Assembly (NCBI GenBank): GCA_963775425.1
Contig: CAVZJB010000016.1
Coordinates: 992,001-1,056,000 of the forward strand
Direction: 5' to 3'
DNA: 64,000 nucleotides
From: an uncultured delta proteobacterium
GTDB taxonomy: Bacteria; Myxococcota; UBA727; VGSZ01
The position numbers and the translations under genes were made by a program. This document shows positions 1 through 11,707 of this stretch, piece after piece. The notes beneath the pieces are model-generated. The model saw only the letters and a list, made by a program, of their open reading frames with translations. It did no database searches and was not told the DNA's origin. How positions within the stretch are numbered: position 1 is the stretch's first letter; every line of letters starts with the position of its first letter.

Positions 1-398
1 CCCGGCCGGCCGTCGAACTCGTGCGCCGCCGCCGAGAAGAAGCAGCCGCCCTGAAACGGCGTGCGCGAGCAGTAGTCGACGTAGCCCTCGACGAGGACCT
101 CGAGGCGCTCGAAGCCCGCCGGCAACTGCTGCGCGGGCCGGACGACCGCGTCGAAGAAGATCCGCTCCGCTTCGTCGATGATGGCGATCTGGAGCGCCTC
201 CTTGCTGCGGAAGTGCGCGAACAGTCCACTCTTGGACATCGACGTGGCCTTGGCGAGCGTGGCCAGGCTCATGGACGACAGACCCTCGACGGAGGCGATA
301 TGCACGGCCTTCTCGAGGATGCGGTTTTGCGTCGCGGCCCCACGGGCACGAACCGACACGTTGGCGTTGCTGCTGTTGCTGGCGATGGAAACGACCAT
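1..398 (-). CDS. TetR/AcrR family transcriptional regulator (3' end outside window)
   Basis: Not in ORF track. Manual translation gives MVVSIAS...TQNRILEKAVHIASVEGLSSMSLATLAKATSMSKSGLFAHFRSKEALQIAII...GGCFF, a typical TetR HTH. Alternative start at 410. Confidence 0.9.
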   Translation of the reverse strand, partial: MVVSIASNSSNANVSVRARGAATQNRILEKAVHIASVEGLSSMSLATLAKATSMSKSGLFAHFRSKEALQIAIIDEAERIFFDAVVRPAQQLPAGFERLEVLVEGYVDYCSRTPFQGGCFFSAAAHEFDGRP

Positions 399-615
399 GA
401 CTTCCCCCATTCGGTGATTTGTTGCGCCGTTCGGCCCCCCGAAGACGCACTGACGTTGAAGCATCTATGCGCAGAGCGACCGGCGGTGGCAAGAAGGATC
501 GCGCGGTCCATCCCGGAGTTTCCACAACGCAAAGTCTGCGCGCGACGACGCCTTTTTCTGCATGTCAGAATGTGCAACGCGACGGAGCCCCACCGGGGCC
601 AAGCCAGGTGAACGC

Positions 616-2703
616 ATGACCACGCAAACCGCGACCTCCGAAAAGACCAAAGCTCCCCTGCCTGCGCTCAAGAGCGGTGCGCTCAAGAAGGTCGACGCCG
701 ACAAGGTCCTCGGGTGGTACCGCTTGTTGTTCGCCACCCGCGCCATCGACGAGCGGGCGAGCCGCTACATCCGCCGTGGCATGGGGTGGAGCTACCACGC
801 GCGCTGCGCGGGGCACGAAGGGATCCAGGTGGCGCTCGGCCTCCAGTTCCGGCCGAACGTCGACTTCCTCTTCCCGTACTACCGCGACCTCGGCACCAAC
901 CTCGCCGCCGGCGTCACGCCCTACGAGCTGTTCTTGAACGGGCTGTCGCGCGACGCCGATCCCTGCTCGGGCGGGCGGCACATGTCCAACCACTTCGGCA
1001 AGCCCGCCATCGGCGTCCAGAACGTGTCGTCGTGCACGGGCAACCACACGCTCCACGCGGCCGGCGTCGCGCGCGCCATCAAGTACTACAAGGCCGAGGG
1101 CGTCGCGCTGTCGTCGCAAGGAGAGTCGTCGGCGTCGGAGGGCTATTGCTTCGAGGCGTACGCGGGCGCGGCGCGCGAGAAGCTGCCGGTTGTGTTCGTC
1201 ATCCAGAACAACCTGTACGGCATCTCCGTCCCCATCGCGGAGGGATCGCCCAACCCCAACGTCGGTGAGAACTTCCGGGGCATCAAGGGCCTCACCATCA
1301 TCGACTGCGACGGCACCGACATCTTCGACTCCATGCGCGCCATGGACGAGGCGGTCGCGCACGCGCGCAAAGGCGCAGGCCCCGTGCTCGTGCACGCACA
1401 GTGCGTCCGCATGGGCGCGCACAGCAACTCCGACGCGCAGGACCTCTACCGCTCGCCCGAGGAGCTCGCCGACGCCGCGCGCCTCAATCCCGTCTTGCGC
1501 CTGCGCGCGTACGTCCTCGACAAGAAGCTCAGCGACGAGGCCAGGCTCCAGAGCATGGAGGCCGAGATCGAGGCCGCGCTGGACAAGGACGCCGCGCGCG
1601 CCGAGGAGGCGGCCAAGCCCGCGCCCGACAGCGTGCACCTCTTCGTCACCCCGCCCGAGGTGGATCACCAAAAGGCGGGACACGAGCTCACGCCGCCGGA
1701 GGGCGAGCCCACCGAGAAGCTGCGCGAGGCCGTCAACCGCACGCTCCACGAGGAATTCCGCCACAACCCGAACACCTTCTGCTGGGGGCAGGACGTCGCC
1801 AGCAAGGACAAGGGTGGGGTGTTCAACCTCACCAAGAACATGCTCGCGGAGTTCGGCCACGGCCGCGTCTTCAACGCGCCCATCGCCGAGGACTTCATCG
1901 TCGGCACGGCCAACGGCATGTCGCGGTTCAAGAAGGAGATCCGCTGCGTCATCGAGGCCGCGCAGTTCGCGGACTACGTGTGGCCGGCCATGGAGCAGAT
2001 CGTCGAGATGAGCCACGAGTACTGGCGCACCAAGGGCCAGTTCTCGCCCAACGTCGTCTGCCGGCTCGCGTCCGGCGGCTACATCACCGGCGGCCTCTAT
2101 CACTCGCAAAACGTCGAAGCGATCATGAGCCACCTGCCCGGCCTGCGCGTGGTCTACCCCGCGTTCGCCGACGACGCGGCGGGCCTGTTGCGCACCGCCA
2201 TCCGCTCCGAGGGCATGACGTTCTTCCTCGAGCCCAAGTTCATGTACAACCGCCCCGAGGCAAAGGCGCCCAAGGGCAGCGACCGCTTCGCCGTGCCCTT
2301 CGGCAAAGGCCGCGTGCGCAGGAGCGGCACCGACGCCACCGTCATCACCTACGGCAACACCGTCCAGATGGCGCTGCGCGCCGCGGACAAGCTCGAGGCC
2401 GAGGGGCACAGCGTCGAGGTGTTCGACCTGCGCTCCATCAAGCCGCTCGACGTCGACGGCATCTGCGACACCGTGCGCCGCACCGGCAAGGTGCTCATCG
2501 CCCACGAGGATCATTGGTTCCAGGGCCTGGGCGGCACCGTCGCCGGCGTCATCGCCGATCGCTGCTTCATGGACCTCGACGCGCCCGTCAAGCGCGTGGC
2601 GGCGCTCGACATCCCCATCGGCTTCGCGCCCAGCCTCGAGCAGGCCATCCTGCCGAACGCCGACACCATCGAGGCCGCGCTGCGCGAGCTGCTCGCGTTC
2701 TGA
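616..2703 (+). CDS. Fused E1 alpha/beta 2-oxoacid (probably branched-chain/2-oxoisovalerate) dehydrogenase
   Basis: TPP-binding region QGESSASEG...QNN, AHSNSD loop, beta-part GQDV, FNAPIAE, GGLYHSQ, FLEPK, DLRSIKPLD. Start moved to ATG 616 (MTTQTAT). Confidence 0.92.
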   Translation: MTTQTATSEKTKAPLPALKSGALKKVDADKVLGWYRLLFATRAIDERASRYIRRGMGWSYHARCAGHEGIQVALGLQFRPNVDFLFPYYRDLGTNLAAGVTPYELFLNGLSRDADPCSGGRHMSNHFGKPAIGVQNVSSCTGNHTLHAAGVARAIKYYKAEGVALSSQGESSASEGYCFEAYAGAAREKLPVVFVIQNNLYGISVPIAEGSPNPNVGENFRGIKGLTIIDCDGTDIFDSMRAMDEAVAHARKGAGPVLVHAQCVRMGAHSNSDAQDLYRSPEELADAARLNPVLRLRAYVLDKKLSDEARLQSMEAEIEAALDKDAARAEEAAKPAPDSVHLFVTPPEVDHQKAGHELTPPEGEPTEKLREAVNRTLHEEFRHNPNTFCWGQDVASKDKGGVFNLTKNMLAEFGHGRVFNAPIAEDFIVGTANGMSRFKKEIRCVIEAAQFADYVWPAMEQIVEMSHEYWRTKGQFSPNVVCRLASGGYITGGLYHSQNVEAIMSHLPGLRVVYPAFADDAAGLLRTAIRSEGMTFFLEPKFMYNRPEAKAPKGSDRFAVPFGKGRVRRSGTDATVITYGNTVQMALRAADKLEAEGHSVEVFDLRSIKPLDVDGICDTVRRTGKVLIAHEDHWFQGLGGTVAGVIADRCFMDLDAPVKRVAALDIPIGFAPSLEQAILPNADTIEAALRELLAF

Positions 2704-2733
2704 ACAGCCCGACCGTCGCGGCGGTTTGGCCGC

Positions 2734-4551
2734 TCAGAACGGGTTGGACTTCTTGACGTTGTCGAAGCCACCGGTCCCCGTGGCGGGACCGGAGGCGAGC
2801 TGGAGCTTGAGCGCCTGGTGCGCGCTCGCGACCTTCTTGCGCAGCTCCTCGACGCGAGCGGCGAGCAACTGTTGCGCGGAGCCCTCGGGGATGAGCGAGG
2901 GATTGAGCTCGCGCATGCGGGCGTCGAAGGCGGCGTCGATCTCGACGGCGTCGGCTTCGAAGCCCACGCCGAGCACCTGGCGCGGCAGGGTGAGCGGCTT
3001 GAGCCGCATGTAGAGACCGAAGATGGCCTCACGCGCCTTGGCCTCCTCCTCGGACTGCGGCGGCTCCGTGGGGAATTCGACGTCGACGAGCGTCACGGCC
3101 TCGTCGTCGACGTCGGCGATCATGAAGGCGCCGTCGTTGAGCGTGACGCCGCCGGCGTCCTTGGCGTGCGGCTCGGCGTCGAGCGTGATGAGCTTCGTGT
3201 CGCGCAGCGAGAGCATCACGAGCGTGCCCATGAACTGATCGAGGCTCGTGTACTCGAGCACCTCGCGCACCGTACGCGTGCCGTCGATGATGTGGTCGAG
3301 GCGGGCGCCGCGCACGAACGCCGCGAGCTTGTCGGCGGACTTGCCGAGGCCGGGCGCGGGCGCGACGTACTTGTCCTCCATCTCGTTGGCCACCGCGAGC
3401 AATTGCGCCGGCGTCATGTTCCTGCGACGCGACTCGAGGACGAGGCCGAACGGGTTCACGCGCAACAGCGGCGCGACGTCGAGGAACTTGCGGTCCTCCT
3501 CGAAGCGATACGCGCCCGACGCGGCGTTGGCGAGCGACAGCACGAAGTCGCGCACGAGCTCGCGCATGAAGTCGTGCATCTGCTGGCCCGTGAGGACGCC
3601 CTTTTGCACCAGGGAGCCGAGCAACTGGCCCTGCGCGACCGCGTCGATGCGGGCGTCCGGCGGCAGCTTGCCCTTTTGCACGAGGCGACGGTGCAGGCCG
3701 GCGTCGCCGAGCGGGTCGTCGGCCCACACGGGCTCGCCCCGGTAGAAGTACAGGACGCCGGCAGCGGGGCCGTCCTTGACGACGAGGCGCCCGGTGAGCT
3801 CCTGCGAAAAGACGCCGAGGAGGAGCGCCGGCCCGCTGTCACCTTCGAGGAGCCCCTCGAGGAGCGGGCCCTCCTCCTCGGTGGTGACCGGCGCGGGCGC
3901 GGAGGTGATCCCCGTGACCCCCGTGATCGGCGCCGGCGCGGCGATGAGCCGCTCGGTGGGTTCGTCGGGCGTGAGCGAGTTGGGCGCCAGTGGGTTGGGC
4001 GCCGGTGGGTTGGGCGCCCGTGACCGGGGCGCCGGCGAGCTCGGCGCCACCGCGGCGTGCACGGGCATCTTGAGGGTGGGATCCTCGTCGATGGGCGTGG
4101 GTGTCGCGACCACCGCGTTGGGCGTGGTCTTGTCGGCGTTGGTCTCGGGGAGCTGGAACTCGGAGAGCGACACGTCCTCGCCGTCGACGGGCTCGATGAG
4201 GGCGTTTTCAACCGCGGCGGCGACGGCGTCGGCGGTCGCCTGCGGGCTGATGACGTCGACCTTGGTGCCGAGCACCGTCGGGATGGTCGCGGGATCGCTG
4301 CCCTCGCGGTGGATCACCAGAATGACGACGTCGGGGTGGCGCCGGCGCGCGAGCTGGCAGAGGCCGCGCAGGGAGAGCGTGCGGCGGCCCTCCGCGGCGA
4401 CGACGGCGCCGAAGTCCGCGCGGCCGAGGGCGGCCATGGCGCCGAACGCGTCACCGACGTCGAGGTAGCGAAGGCCGCGGCGCGACAGCGCGTGCACCAG
4501 GTGGCGCCGCCTCGACTCGTCGTCGTCCACCACGAGGGTGCTTCGCTGCAT
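2734..4551 (-). CDS. Atypical receiver domain + Pro-rich linker + DUF4388-like domain + degenerate J-like domain protein
   Basis: N-term LVVDDD receiver fold; LLLGVFSQELTGRLVV...LYFYRGEPVWA DUF4388-like segment; C-term QVLGV...EIDAAF...LNPS J-like helices. Start at MQRSTL. Confidence 0.75.
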   Translation of the reverse strand: MQRSTLVVDDDESRRRHLVHALSRRGLRYLDVGDAFGAMAALGRADFGAVVAAEGRRTLSLRGLCQLARRRHPDVVILVIHREGSDPATIPTVLGTKVDVISPQATADAVAAAVENALIEPVDGEDVSLSEFQLPETNADKTTPNAVVATPTPIDEDPTLKMPVHAAVAPSSPAPRSRAPNPPAPNPLAPNSLTPDEPTERLIAAPAPITGVTGITSAPAPVTTEEEGPLLEGLLEGDSGPALLLGVFSQELTGRLVVKDGPAAGVLYFYRGEPVWADDPLGDAGLHRRLVQKGKLPPDARIDAVAQGQLLGSLVQKGVLTGQQMHDFMRELVRDFVLSLANAASGAYRFEEDRKFLDVAPLLRVNPFGLVLESRRRNMTPAQLLAVANEMEDKYVAPAPGLGKSADKLAAFVRGARLDHIIDGTRTVREVLEYTSLDQFMGTLVMLSLRDTKLITLDAEPHAKDAGGVTLNDGAFMIADVDDEAVTLVDVEFPTEPPQSEEEAKAREAIFGLYMRLKPLTLPRQVLGVGFEADAVEIDAAFDARMRELNPSLIPEGSAQQLLAARVEELRKKVASAHQALKLQLASGPATGTGGFDNVKKSNPF

Positions 4552-4725
4552 CGCCCGCCTTCCGCCGCGGCTCACCGTCGACGCCGCGCGTTGGCGACAA
4601 TAGCCGTAGCGCCGGACCGGTGCCAAACGCGCCGAGCGGCCCGACCGCGATCGATGGCGCGGCCGCCCGTCGCCGTTGCGGCTCGGCATTGCGGGCGCCG
4701 CGCCGGTGTCGCATCGTCCCCGCCG

Positions 4726-6003
4726 ATGCCGCGACGAAAGGTAACGACGACGACGCGGCAGGCGCGCGGGCGCGAGCGCGCCCTGGCGGACGCCGGGCTC
4801 CCGCTCGTCTTCGCGGCCGCGCTCGACGCGGTGGCGCGGCACCGCGCCGCCGGCGAGCCGCTCGAGCGTGCCCTCGCCGACGTCTCGCGCGCCCGCCGCC
4901 TCGGGCCCCGTGAGCGGCGCGCGGTCGGCGACGCGATCTTTTCGTGGGCGCGGCTGCGCGGGGCCGTGGAGGGCCTCGTGGACGACGCCGTCGCAGAGGC
5001 CGGCGGCATCAAGCCGTCGCGGAGGGACCGCGACCTCGCCGCGCTGCTCCTCGCCGAAGCCGGCGGCGGTGCCGACCCCGATCCCCGCGCGCGCGCGCGC
5101 CTGACGCCGGAGCTGCGAGCGCTCGTCGACGAAGCCGCTGCGCGCGGCCTGCCCGCGGCCCACAGCGCCCTGCCCGCGTGGCTCGACGACGCGCTGCGCC
5201 ACGCCCACGGCGACGCCGCCCCGGCGCTCGTCGCCGCGCTGGGCCGCCCCGCGCCGCTGGTGCTCGCCTTCGACCCCCGCCACGTCGATGCCGCCGCGGT
5301 CATGGCCGCGATCGCGGCCGGCGGCGCAGAGGCCACGCCCTCCCCGGTGGTGCCGGACGCCCTGCGCGTGGGCGATCGGAAGGGCCGCGCGCCGCTGCGG
5401 ATCGCCGCGCTCCCCGAGGCCGTCCGGCGCTTCGTGTGGCCCATGGACGACGGCAGCCAGGCGGTGGCCGCCGCCGTCGAGGTCCGGCCCGGCGAGCTCG
5501 TGCTCGACCTGTGCGCCGGAGGCGGCGGCAAGGCCCGCTTCCTGTCCGCGCGCGGCGCGCGCGTCGTCGCCGCCGACCTCTCCCCCGAGCGCCTGGCCGC
5601 CGTGCCCGCCGACGTCCTGCGCGTGGTGGCCGACGGCCGCGCGCCGCCGTTTCGCCCCGGCACCTTCGACAAGGTGCTCCTCGACGCCCCCTGCAGCGGC
5701 ACGGGCACGCTGCGGCGCGCCCCGGACCTCGCCCGCCGACAATCCGCCGACGACGTCGCGCGCTTCGCCGCGCTCCAGAGAGCGCTGCTCGAGGCCGCGC
5801 TCGCGCTGGTGCGTCCGGGCGGCCGCGTCGTCTACGCCACGTGCTCGCTCTTGCGCGAAGAGAACGACGACGTCGTGGATGCCGCGCTGAGGGCGCACCC
5901 CGACGTGACGCAGGTCCGGCGCGATCGCTGGCTCCCGCACATCCACGGCACCGACGGCTTCTTCGCCTCGACGCTGCTGTGTCCCGGTTCACGCCCAAAG
6001 TAG
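4726..6003 (+). CDS. RsmB/NOP2-family RNA cytosine-C5 methyltransferase
   Basis: VLDLCAGGGGK, DKVLLDAPCSGTG, VYATCS, HGTDGFF motifs. Confidence 0.92.
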   Translation: MPRRKVTTTTRQARGRERALADAGLPLVFAAALDAVARHRAAGEPLERALADVSRARRLGPRERRAVGDAIFSWARLRGAVEGLVDDAVAEAGGIKPSRRDRDLAALLLAEAGGGADPDPRARARLTPELRALVDEAAARGLPAAHSALPAWLDDALRHAHGDAAPALVAALGRPAPLVLAFDPRHVDAAAVMAAIAAGGAEATPSPVVPDALRVGDRKGRAPLRIAALPEAVRRFVWPMDDGSQAVAAAVEVRPGELVLDLCAGGGGKARFLSARGARVVAADLSPERLAAVPADVLRVVADGRAPPFRPGTFDKVLLDAPCSGTGTLRRAPDLARRQSADDVARFAALQRALLEAALALVRPGGRVVYATCSLLREENDDVVDAALRAHPDVTQVRRDRWLPHIHGTDGFFASTLLCPGSRPK

Positions 6004-6077
6004 CCGACGGCGGCGCGCGTGATCCCGGCGGCCCGCGCCCGTTCGCGGCGCCGGCGACCGCGCGCTAGACTCGCCGG

Positions 6078-7994
6078 ATGCCTTTGCGCCTGCCCCCTGT
6101 CGTCGCCGGGCTCGTCGTCGCCGTGGGTGCGCTCGCCGGCTGCCCCGGGCTGCTGCCGTGCGTCGCCGCCGACGACTGCGCCGCCCCCACCACGTGCGTC
6201 GAGGGCCAGTGCGTGTTGTCGTGCGAGCGCGACGGTGACTGCACCGAGGGGCAGACGTGTGTCGACGGGCTCTGCTCCGACGCTCCCGGCGAGGGCGAGG
6301 GCGAGGGCGAAGGAGAGGGCGACGAGGGAGAGGGAGAGGGCGAAGGCGAAGGCGAAGGCGAAGGCGAAGGCGAGGGAGAGGGCGAAGGAGAGGGCGAGGG
6401 CGATCCCTGCGGCAACGGCGCACAGGACGGCGCCGAGGCCTGCGACGACGGCAACAACAACCCCGGCGACGGCTGCAGCGCCACGTGCACCGTCGACAGC
6501 GGCTTCACCTGTCAGGGCTTTCCGTCGCAGTGCGCCGAGCTGCCCGTCGCCGACCGCTGCGCGTCCACCGATCCGTTCAACCGCGACATCAACGGCGACT
6601 GCATCCCGGACGTCGTCGTCGGCGCGCCCGGCTCGAGCGGCTTTCAGCTCGTGCAGGGGCTCAACAACGCCACCAACTTCCAGATGGCCAACCCCATCGG
6701 CCCCCCCGAAAACAACGGCCGCTTCGGCAACACCATCGCCCTCGAGCGCGACCGCGGCGTCGACGGCGCGCGCGCCTTCTACGCCACGCGCGGCGCCGCC
6801 GGCGAGATCTGGTACTTCACCGTCGACGGAGCGTTCGTGAACGCCCCGTTCGGCACCCTCGCGCTCGCCGGCTCCACCACCCTCGGGCTCGACGCCATGG
6901 CCGTGCTCCCCTCGGGGCCGGGCGGCGAGGGCGCGCTCGCGTTCACCGAGGGCAGCTCGCTCTTTGTCACCGACGGCGTCGTCCCGGCGCCCAATGCGAG
7001 CATCGAGATCAACGCCACGCAGGTGGTCGACGGCGCGACCGGCGCGGTCAAGGCGCTCGCCGTCGGCCCCGACGAGGACGGCGACGGCTTGCCCGATCTC
7101 ATCGTCGGCGCGCCCGGCCGCGCGGGCGGCGCGGTGTTCTTCGTCTCGTCGCTCACGCACCAGCGCGTCGGGCGGTCCTTCGACGCCCCGGCCGGCGTCG
7201 CGAGCTTCGGCGCCGCGCTCGGCGCGCTCGGCGACCTCGACGGCGACGGTGAGGATGACTTCGCGGTGGGCGCGCCGGCCGAAGGCAAGGGCCTCGCCTT
7301 CCTGAGCCTGTCGTCGCGCGGCGTCGACCTCGTCGAGCTCGACCCGCCCGCCAACTACACGGTCGGCGCGCGCTTCGGCGCCGCCATCACCGCCGTCGGC
7401 GACGTCGACGGTGACGCGCTCGGTGACCTGCTCGTCGGCGCGCCCTTCAACGACGGCGGCGGCGCGCTGCTCAGAAACGGCGCCGCGTGCGCGTCGGACG
7501 CCGACTGCAACGACGCCAACGTCGGCTTTCCCGGCCTCGGCCTCACGTGCTCGAGCGGCCGCTGCGTCGACGCCGTGAACGATCCCCACTGCCGCACGCT
7601 CGGAGGCAATCCCACCTACAACGGCGACTGCGGCGGCGCCGTCGCTCTCGCCAAGAGCGTCGACTTCCTCACCGGCGCCACCACCGCAACGACCAACCCC
7701 TGCATCGACGTCGGCGTCAACGGCGACGTGTCGCGCCTCGGGTCGGCGCTCACGGTCATCGGGCCGCAGCCGGGCAATCCCACCGGCGGTGTGCGCGTCG
7801 GCATCGGCGTGCCCGGCGATCCGCTGCGGACGAGCCCACCGCCGGTCGCCGCCGTGGTCAACGGGCAGCTCCTCATCATCAACCTCCTGCTCACCGCGGA
7901 CGGCAACTGCGGCGGCACCGGTGGCAGCACCCAGGTGTCCGCGTTCGCCGGCGGGCTCGCGGCGGGCGAGCTCGGCGCCAGCGTCGGTCGTTGA
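6078..7994 (+). CDS. Surface lipoprotein with Cys-rich repeats, (GE)n linker and FG-GAP/integrin-alpha-like repeats
   Basis: Lipobox LAGC; CGNG...EACDDGN...DGCSATC myxobacterial Cys-rich repeat; DxDGDGxxDLxVGAP motifs several times. Confidence 0.85.
   Translation: MPLRLPPVVAGLVVAVGALAGCPGLLPCVAADDCAAPTTCVEGQCVLSCERDGDCTEGQTCVDGLCSDAPGEGEGEGEGEGDEGEGEGEGEGEGEGEGEGEGEGEGEGDPCGNGAQDGAEACDDGNNNPGDGCSATCTVDSGFTCQGFPSQCAELPVADRCASTDPFNRDINGDCIPDVVVGAPGSSGFQLVQGLNNATNFQMANPIGPPENNGRFGNTIALERDRGVDGARAFYATRGAAGEIWYFTVDGAFVNAPFGTLALAGSTTLGLDAMAVLPSGPGGEGALAFTEGSSLFVTDGVVPAPNASIEINATQVVDGATGAVKALAVGPDEDGDGLPDLIVGAPGRAGGAVFFVSSLTHQRVGRSFDAPAGVASFGAALGALGDLDGDGEDDFAVGAPAEGKGLAFLSLSSRGVDLVELDPPANYTVGARFGAAITAVGDVDGDALGDLLVGAPFNDGGGALLRNGAACASDADCNDANVGFPGLGLTCSSGRCVDAVNDPHCRTLGGNPTYNGDCGGAVALAKSVDFLTGATTATTNPCIDVGVNGDVSRLGSALTVIGPQPGNPTGGVRVGIGVPGDPLRTSPPPVAAVVNGQLLIINLLLTADGNCGGTGGSTQVSAFAGGLAAGELGASVGR
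6288..6401 (+). repeat. 6-bp GGNGAR tandem repeat encoding poly-(Gly-Glu)
   Basis: GGCGAG/GGCGAA/GGAGAG units translate to GEGEGE... Confidence 0.95.
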
Positions 7995-8001
7995 CGCCTC
8001 G

Positions 8002-9021
8002 TCAGGCGACGACGACGCAGTCCACGCCTTCGACGAAGCCCGCGCCGGCGAGCTGCGCGCGCACCACGCCCCGCGCGCCGCTGGTGCCGACGGCGCCGAT
8101 GAGGAAGACGCCGCCGCTCGCGTGAAGCGACGCGAGCGATGACGCGGGGAGCACCTCCACCCCGTGGCGCAGCCGGCCGATGCGGCGGACGGCGACGTCG
8201 ACGAACGCCGCCGGTCGCGCGCCCGCGGCGATGAGCGCGCGCGCGATGCGCCCGCCCTCCTTGCCGGCGCCGGCGACGACGACGCGACGCGCGGCGAGCC
8301 CGAAGCGCGCCACGAGCGCGCGCGCCTTGAGCGCGGCCAGCGCGTCGCGGGAGAAGCGCGTCGTCGTGAGGGGATGTCGGCGCCACCCATGGTGGACGGC
8401 GGGGCGCTTCTCGAGCGCGCCGCCGGCGGCGACGAGGCGCAGGAACAGGTCGTAGTCCTCGGGCCCGTCAGCGGGCGTGCGCCAGCCGCCGGCGGCGTCG
8501 AAGGCGCTCGCGCGAAACGTGGTGGCCGGGTTGCAGAGCGGCTGCTCGATCCAGATCTCGCGGGCATGGTCTTCTGCCGTGATCGAGGCGTTCTGCCACG
8601 CCACGTACGACGCCAGCGCGCCGCGCGCGGTCGATCGCGGCAACAATTTCACGCGGCACGCCACCGCTGCGGCGTCGCTCCGCTCGAGGTGGGCGGCGTC
8701 GGCGGCGAGCCTGTCGGGGTGCATGACGTCGTCGGCGTCCATCCGGGCGATGAAGGCGGCCGTGCACGCCCGCCTGCCGAGCGCGAGGGCGCCGGCGAGA
8801 TCCACGTCGCGCCCCGCCGTGACGACGCGGACCCGCGTGTCCCGCGCGGCGAAGCGCGCCGCGATCTCGGGCGAGGCGTCGTCGCTTGCGTGCTCGACGA
8901 CGACGACCTCCAGCTCGACGCCCCGACTCCGGAGCACGCTGCGCAGCGCCACCGGCAGGGTGGCTGCGGCGTTTCGCACCGGGAGGAGCACCGAGACGAC
9001 GTTGCACCGAGACAAACGCAT
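8002..9021 (-). CDS. Family 2 glycosyltransferase
   Basis: VSVLLPVRN, IARMDADD, EDYDLFLRL motifs; C-term VVAGAGKEG Rossmann-like tail. Confidence 0.9.
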   Translation of the reverse strand: MRLSRCNVVSVLLPVRNAAATLPVALRSVLRSRGVELEVVVVEHASDDASPEIAARFAARDTRVRVVTAGRDVDLAGALALGRRACTAAFIARMDADDVMHPDRLAADAAHLERSDAAAVACRVKLLPRSTARGALASYVAWQNASITAEDHAREIWIEQPLCNPATTFRASAFDAAGGWRTPADGPEDYDLFLRLVAAGGALEKRPAVHHGWRRHPLTTTRFSRDALAALKARALVARFGLAARRVVVAGAGKEGGRIARALIAAGARPAAFVDVAVRRIGRLRHGVEVLPASSLASLHASGGVFLIGAVGTSGARGVVRAQLAGAGFVEGVDCVVVA

Positions 9022-9054
9022 CGCTAGGGCCTAGGCTGGCCCCACGAGGTTTTC

Positions 9055-9288
9055 ATGTTTGGCTTGGGCGTTCCTGAGCTTCTGGTCATCCTGTTCATCA
9101 TCCTGCTCCTCTTCGGGGCGAAGAAGCTCCCCAATCTGGCCTCCGGCCTCGGTGGAGCGGTGAACGCCTTCAAGAAATCGATGAACGCCAAGGACGACGA
9201 GGAGCCCGAGATGAAGACCATCGACTCCCGCTCGGTCTCGGCGTCGGGCGACCCCGTCGCCGCGCCCAAGACCGAATCCAAGGTCTAG
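9055..9288 (+). CDS. tatA: Twin-arginine translocase TatA/TatE subunit
   Basis: MFGLGVPELLVILFIILLLFGAKKLPNLASGLGGAVNAFKK. Confidence 0.95.
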   Translation: MFGLGVPELLVILFIILLLFGAKKLPNLASGLGGAVNAFKKSMNAKDDEEPEMKTIDSRSVSASGDPVAAPKTESKV

Positions 9289-9331
9289 GCCCGCGCAGGC
9301 CTGCTGGTGTCGGGCGCCGCCGACGGGCGGC

Positions 9332-10978
<1,647 letters not shown>

Positions 10979-10987
10979 GCGTCCCGT

Positions 10988-11629
10988 CTACGCGACGGGG
11001 TCGACATCGACAACGCGGGCCCGCGACGCGCGCAGCAGCCCGAGGATGGACCAGATGACGAGCGCGAGGCCGAGCGTCCACGCCACCGCGTACTCGCTCA
11101 TCTCCCCGGGGTGCTCGTCGGCGATGACCACACGAGCGTCGACGGGGACCTCGGCGCCCTGCAGCTCCACGAGCTTGCGCGCGTCGGACAGCTCGCTGTC
11201 CGGAGCGAACGACACCACGCGCCCGTCGACGTCGGTCTCGACGAACGGGCCCCAGTGCGGGTGGAGCGCCTTTTGGTACTCGACCCAGATCGGCGCGCCG
11301 AGCACCTGGCGCACCACGATGGGGCCCCAGCGCAGGGAGCCCTTGCGCCACAGCGGGATCTCCGCGGCGCGGTTGCCGAGGATGACGTGGGCGCGCACGC
11401 GCGAGCCCACGGGCAAGACCGAGCCCGAGGGCAGCGCCATCGCGTCGCCGATGTCCGTCGGGGGCGCGCGCCGGAAGCTGTACAACAGCTCGTCGACCGT
11501 GGGCGCGAGGACCAAGGCGACGACGATGGCCGTGGCCAGGGTGACGACGAGCCGCACGGGCGGGACGCGCCGCAGCCGGCGGCCCTCCCGGACCGGCGCC
11601 TTCACGAACTGTTCGAGCTCCCGGTCCAT
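10988..11629 (-). CDS. Hypothetical membrane protein (2 TM segments)
   Basis: Hydrophobic segments near both ends; in an operon with cysS. Confidence 0.75.
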   Translation of the reverse strand: MDRELEQFVKAPVREGRRLRRVPPVRLVVTLATAIVVALVLAPTVDELLYSFRRAPPTDIGDAMALPSGSVLPVGSRVRAHVILGNRAAEIPLWRKGSLRWGPIVVRQVLGAPIWVEYQKALHPHWGPFVETDVDGRVVSFAPDSELSDARKLVELQGAEVPVDARVVIADEHPGEMSEYAVAWTLGLALVIWSILGLLRASRARVVDVDPVA

Positions 11630-11707
11630 GCGCTCACCCTCGAAGCGGGCCGGTTGGCGGGCCCCGCGGCCGCAGGGTTCGACCCCGCCGGGCGGGCGCG
11701 GGTTCCG

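Noticed and set aside
616-2703. Fused E1 alpha-beta without adjacent E2/E3 as a novelty
   Set aside because: Fused, unlinked E1 genes are well known in several phyla.
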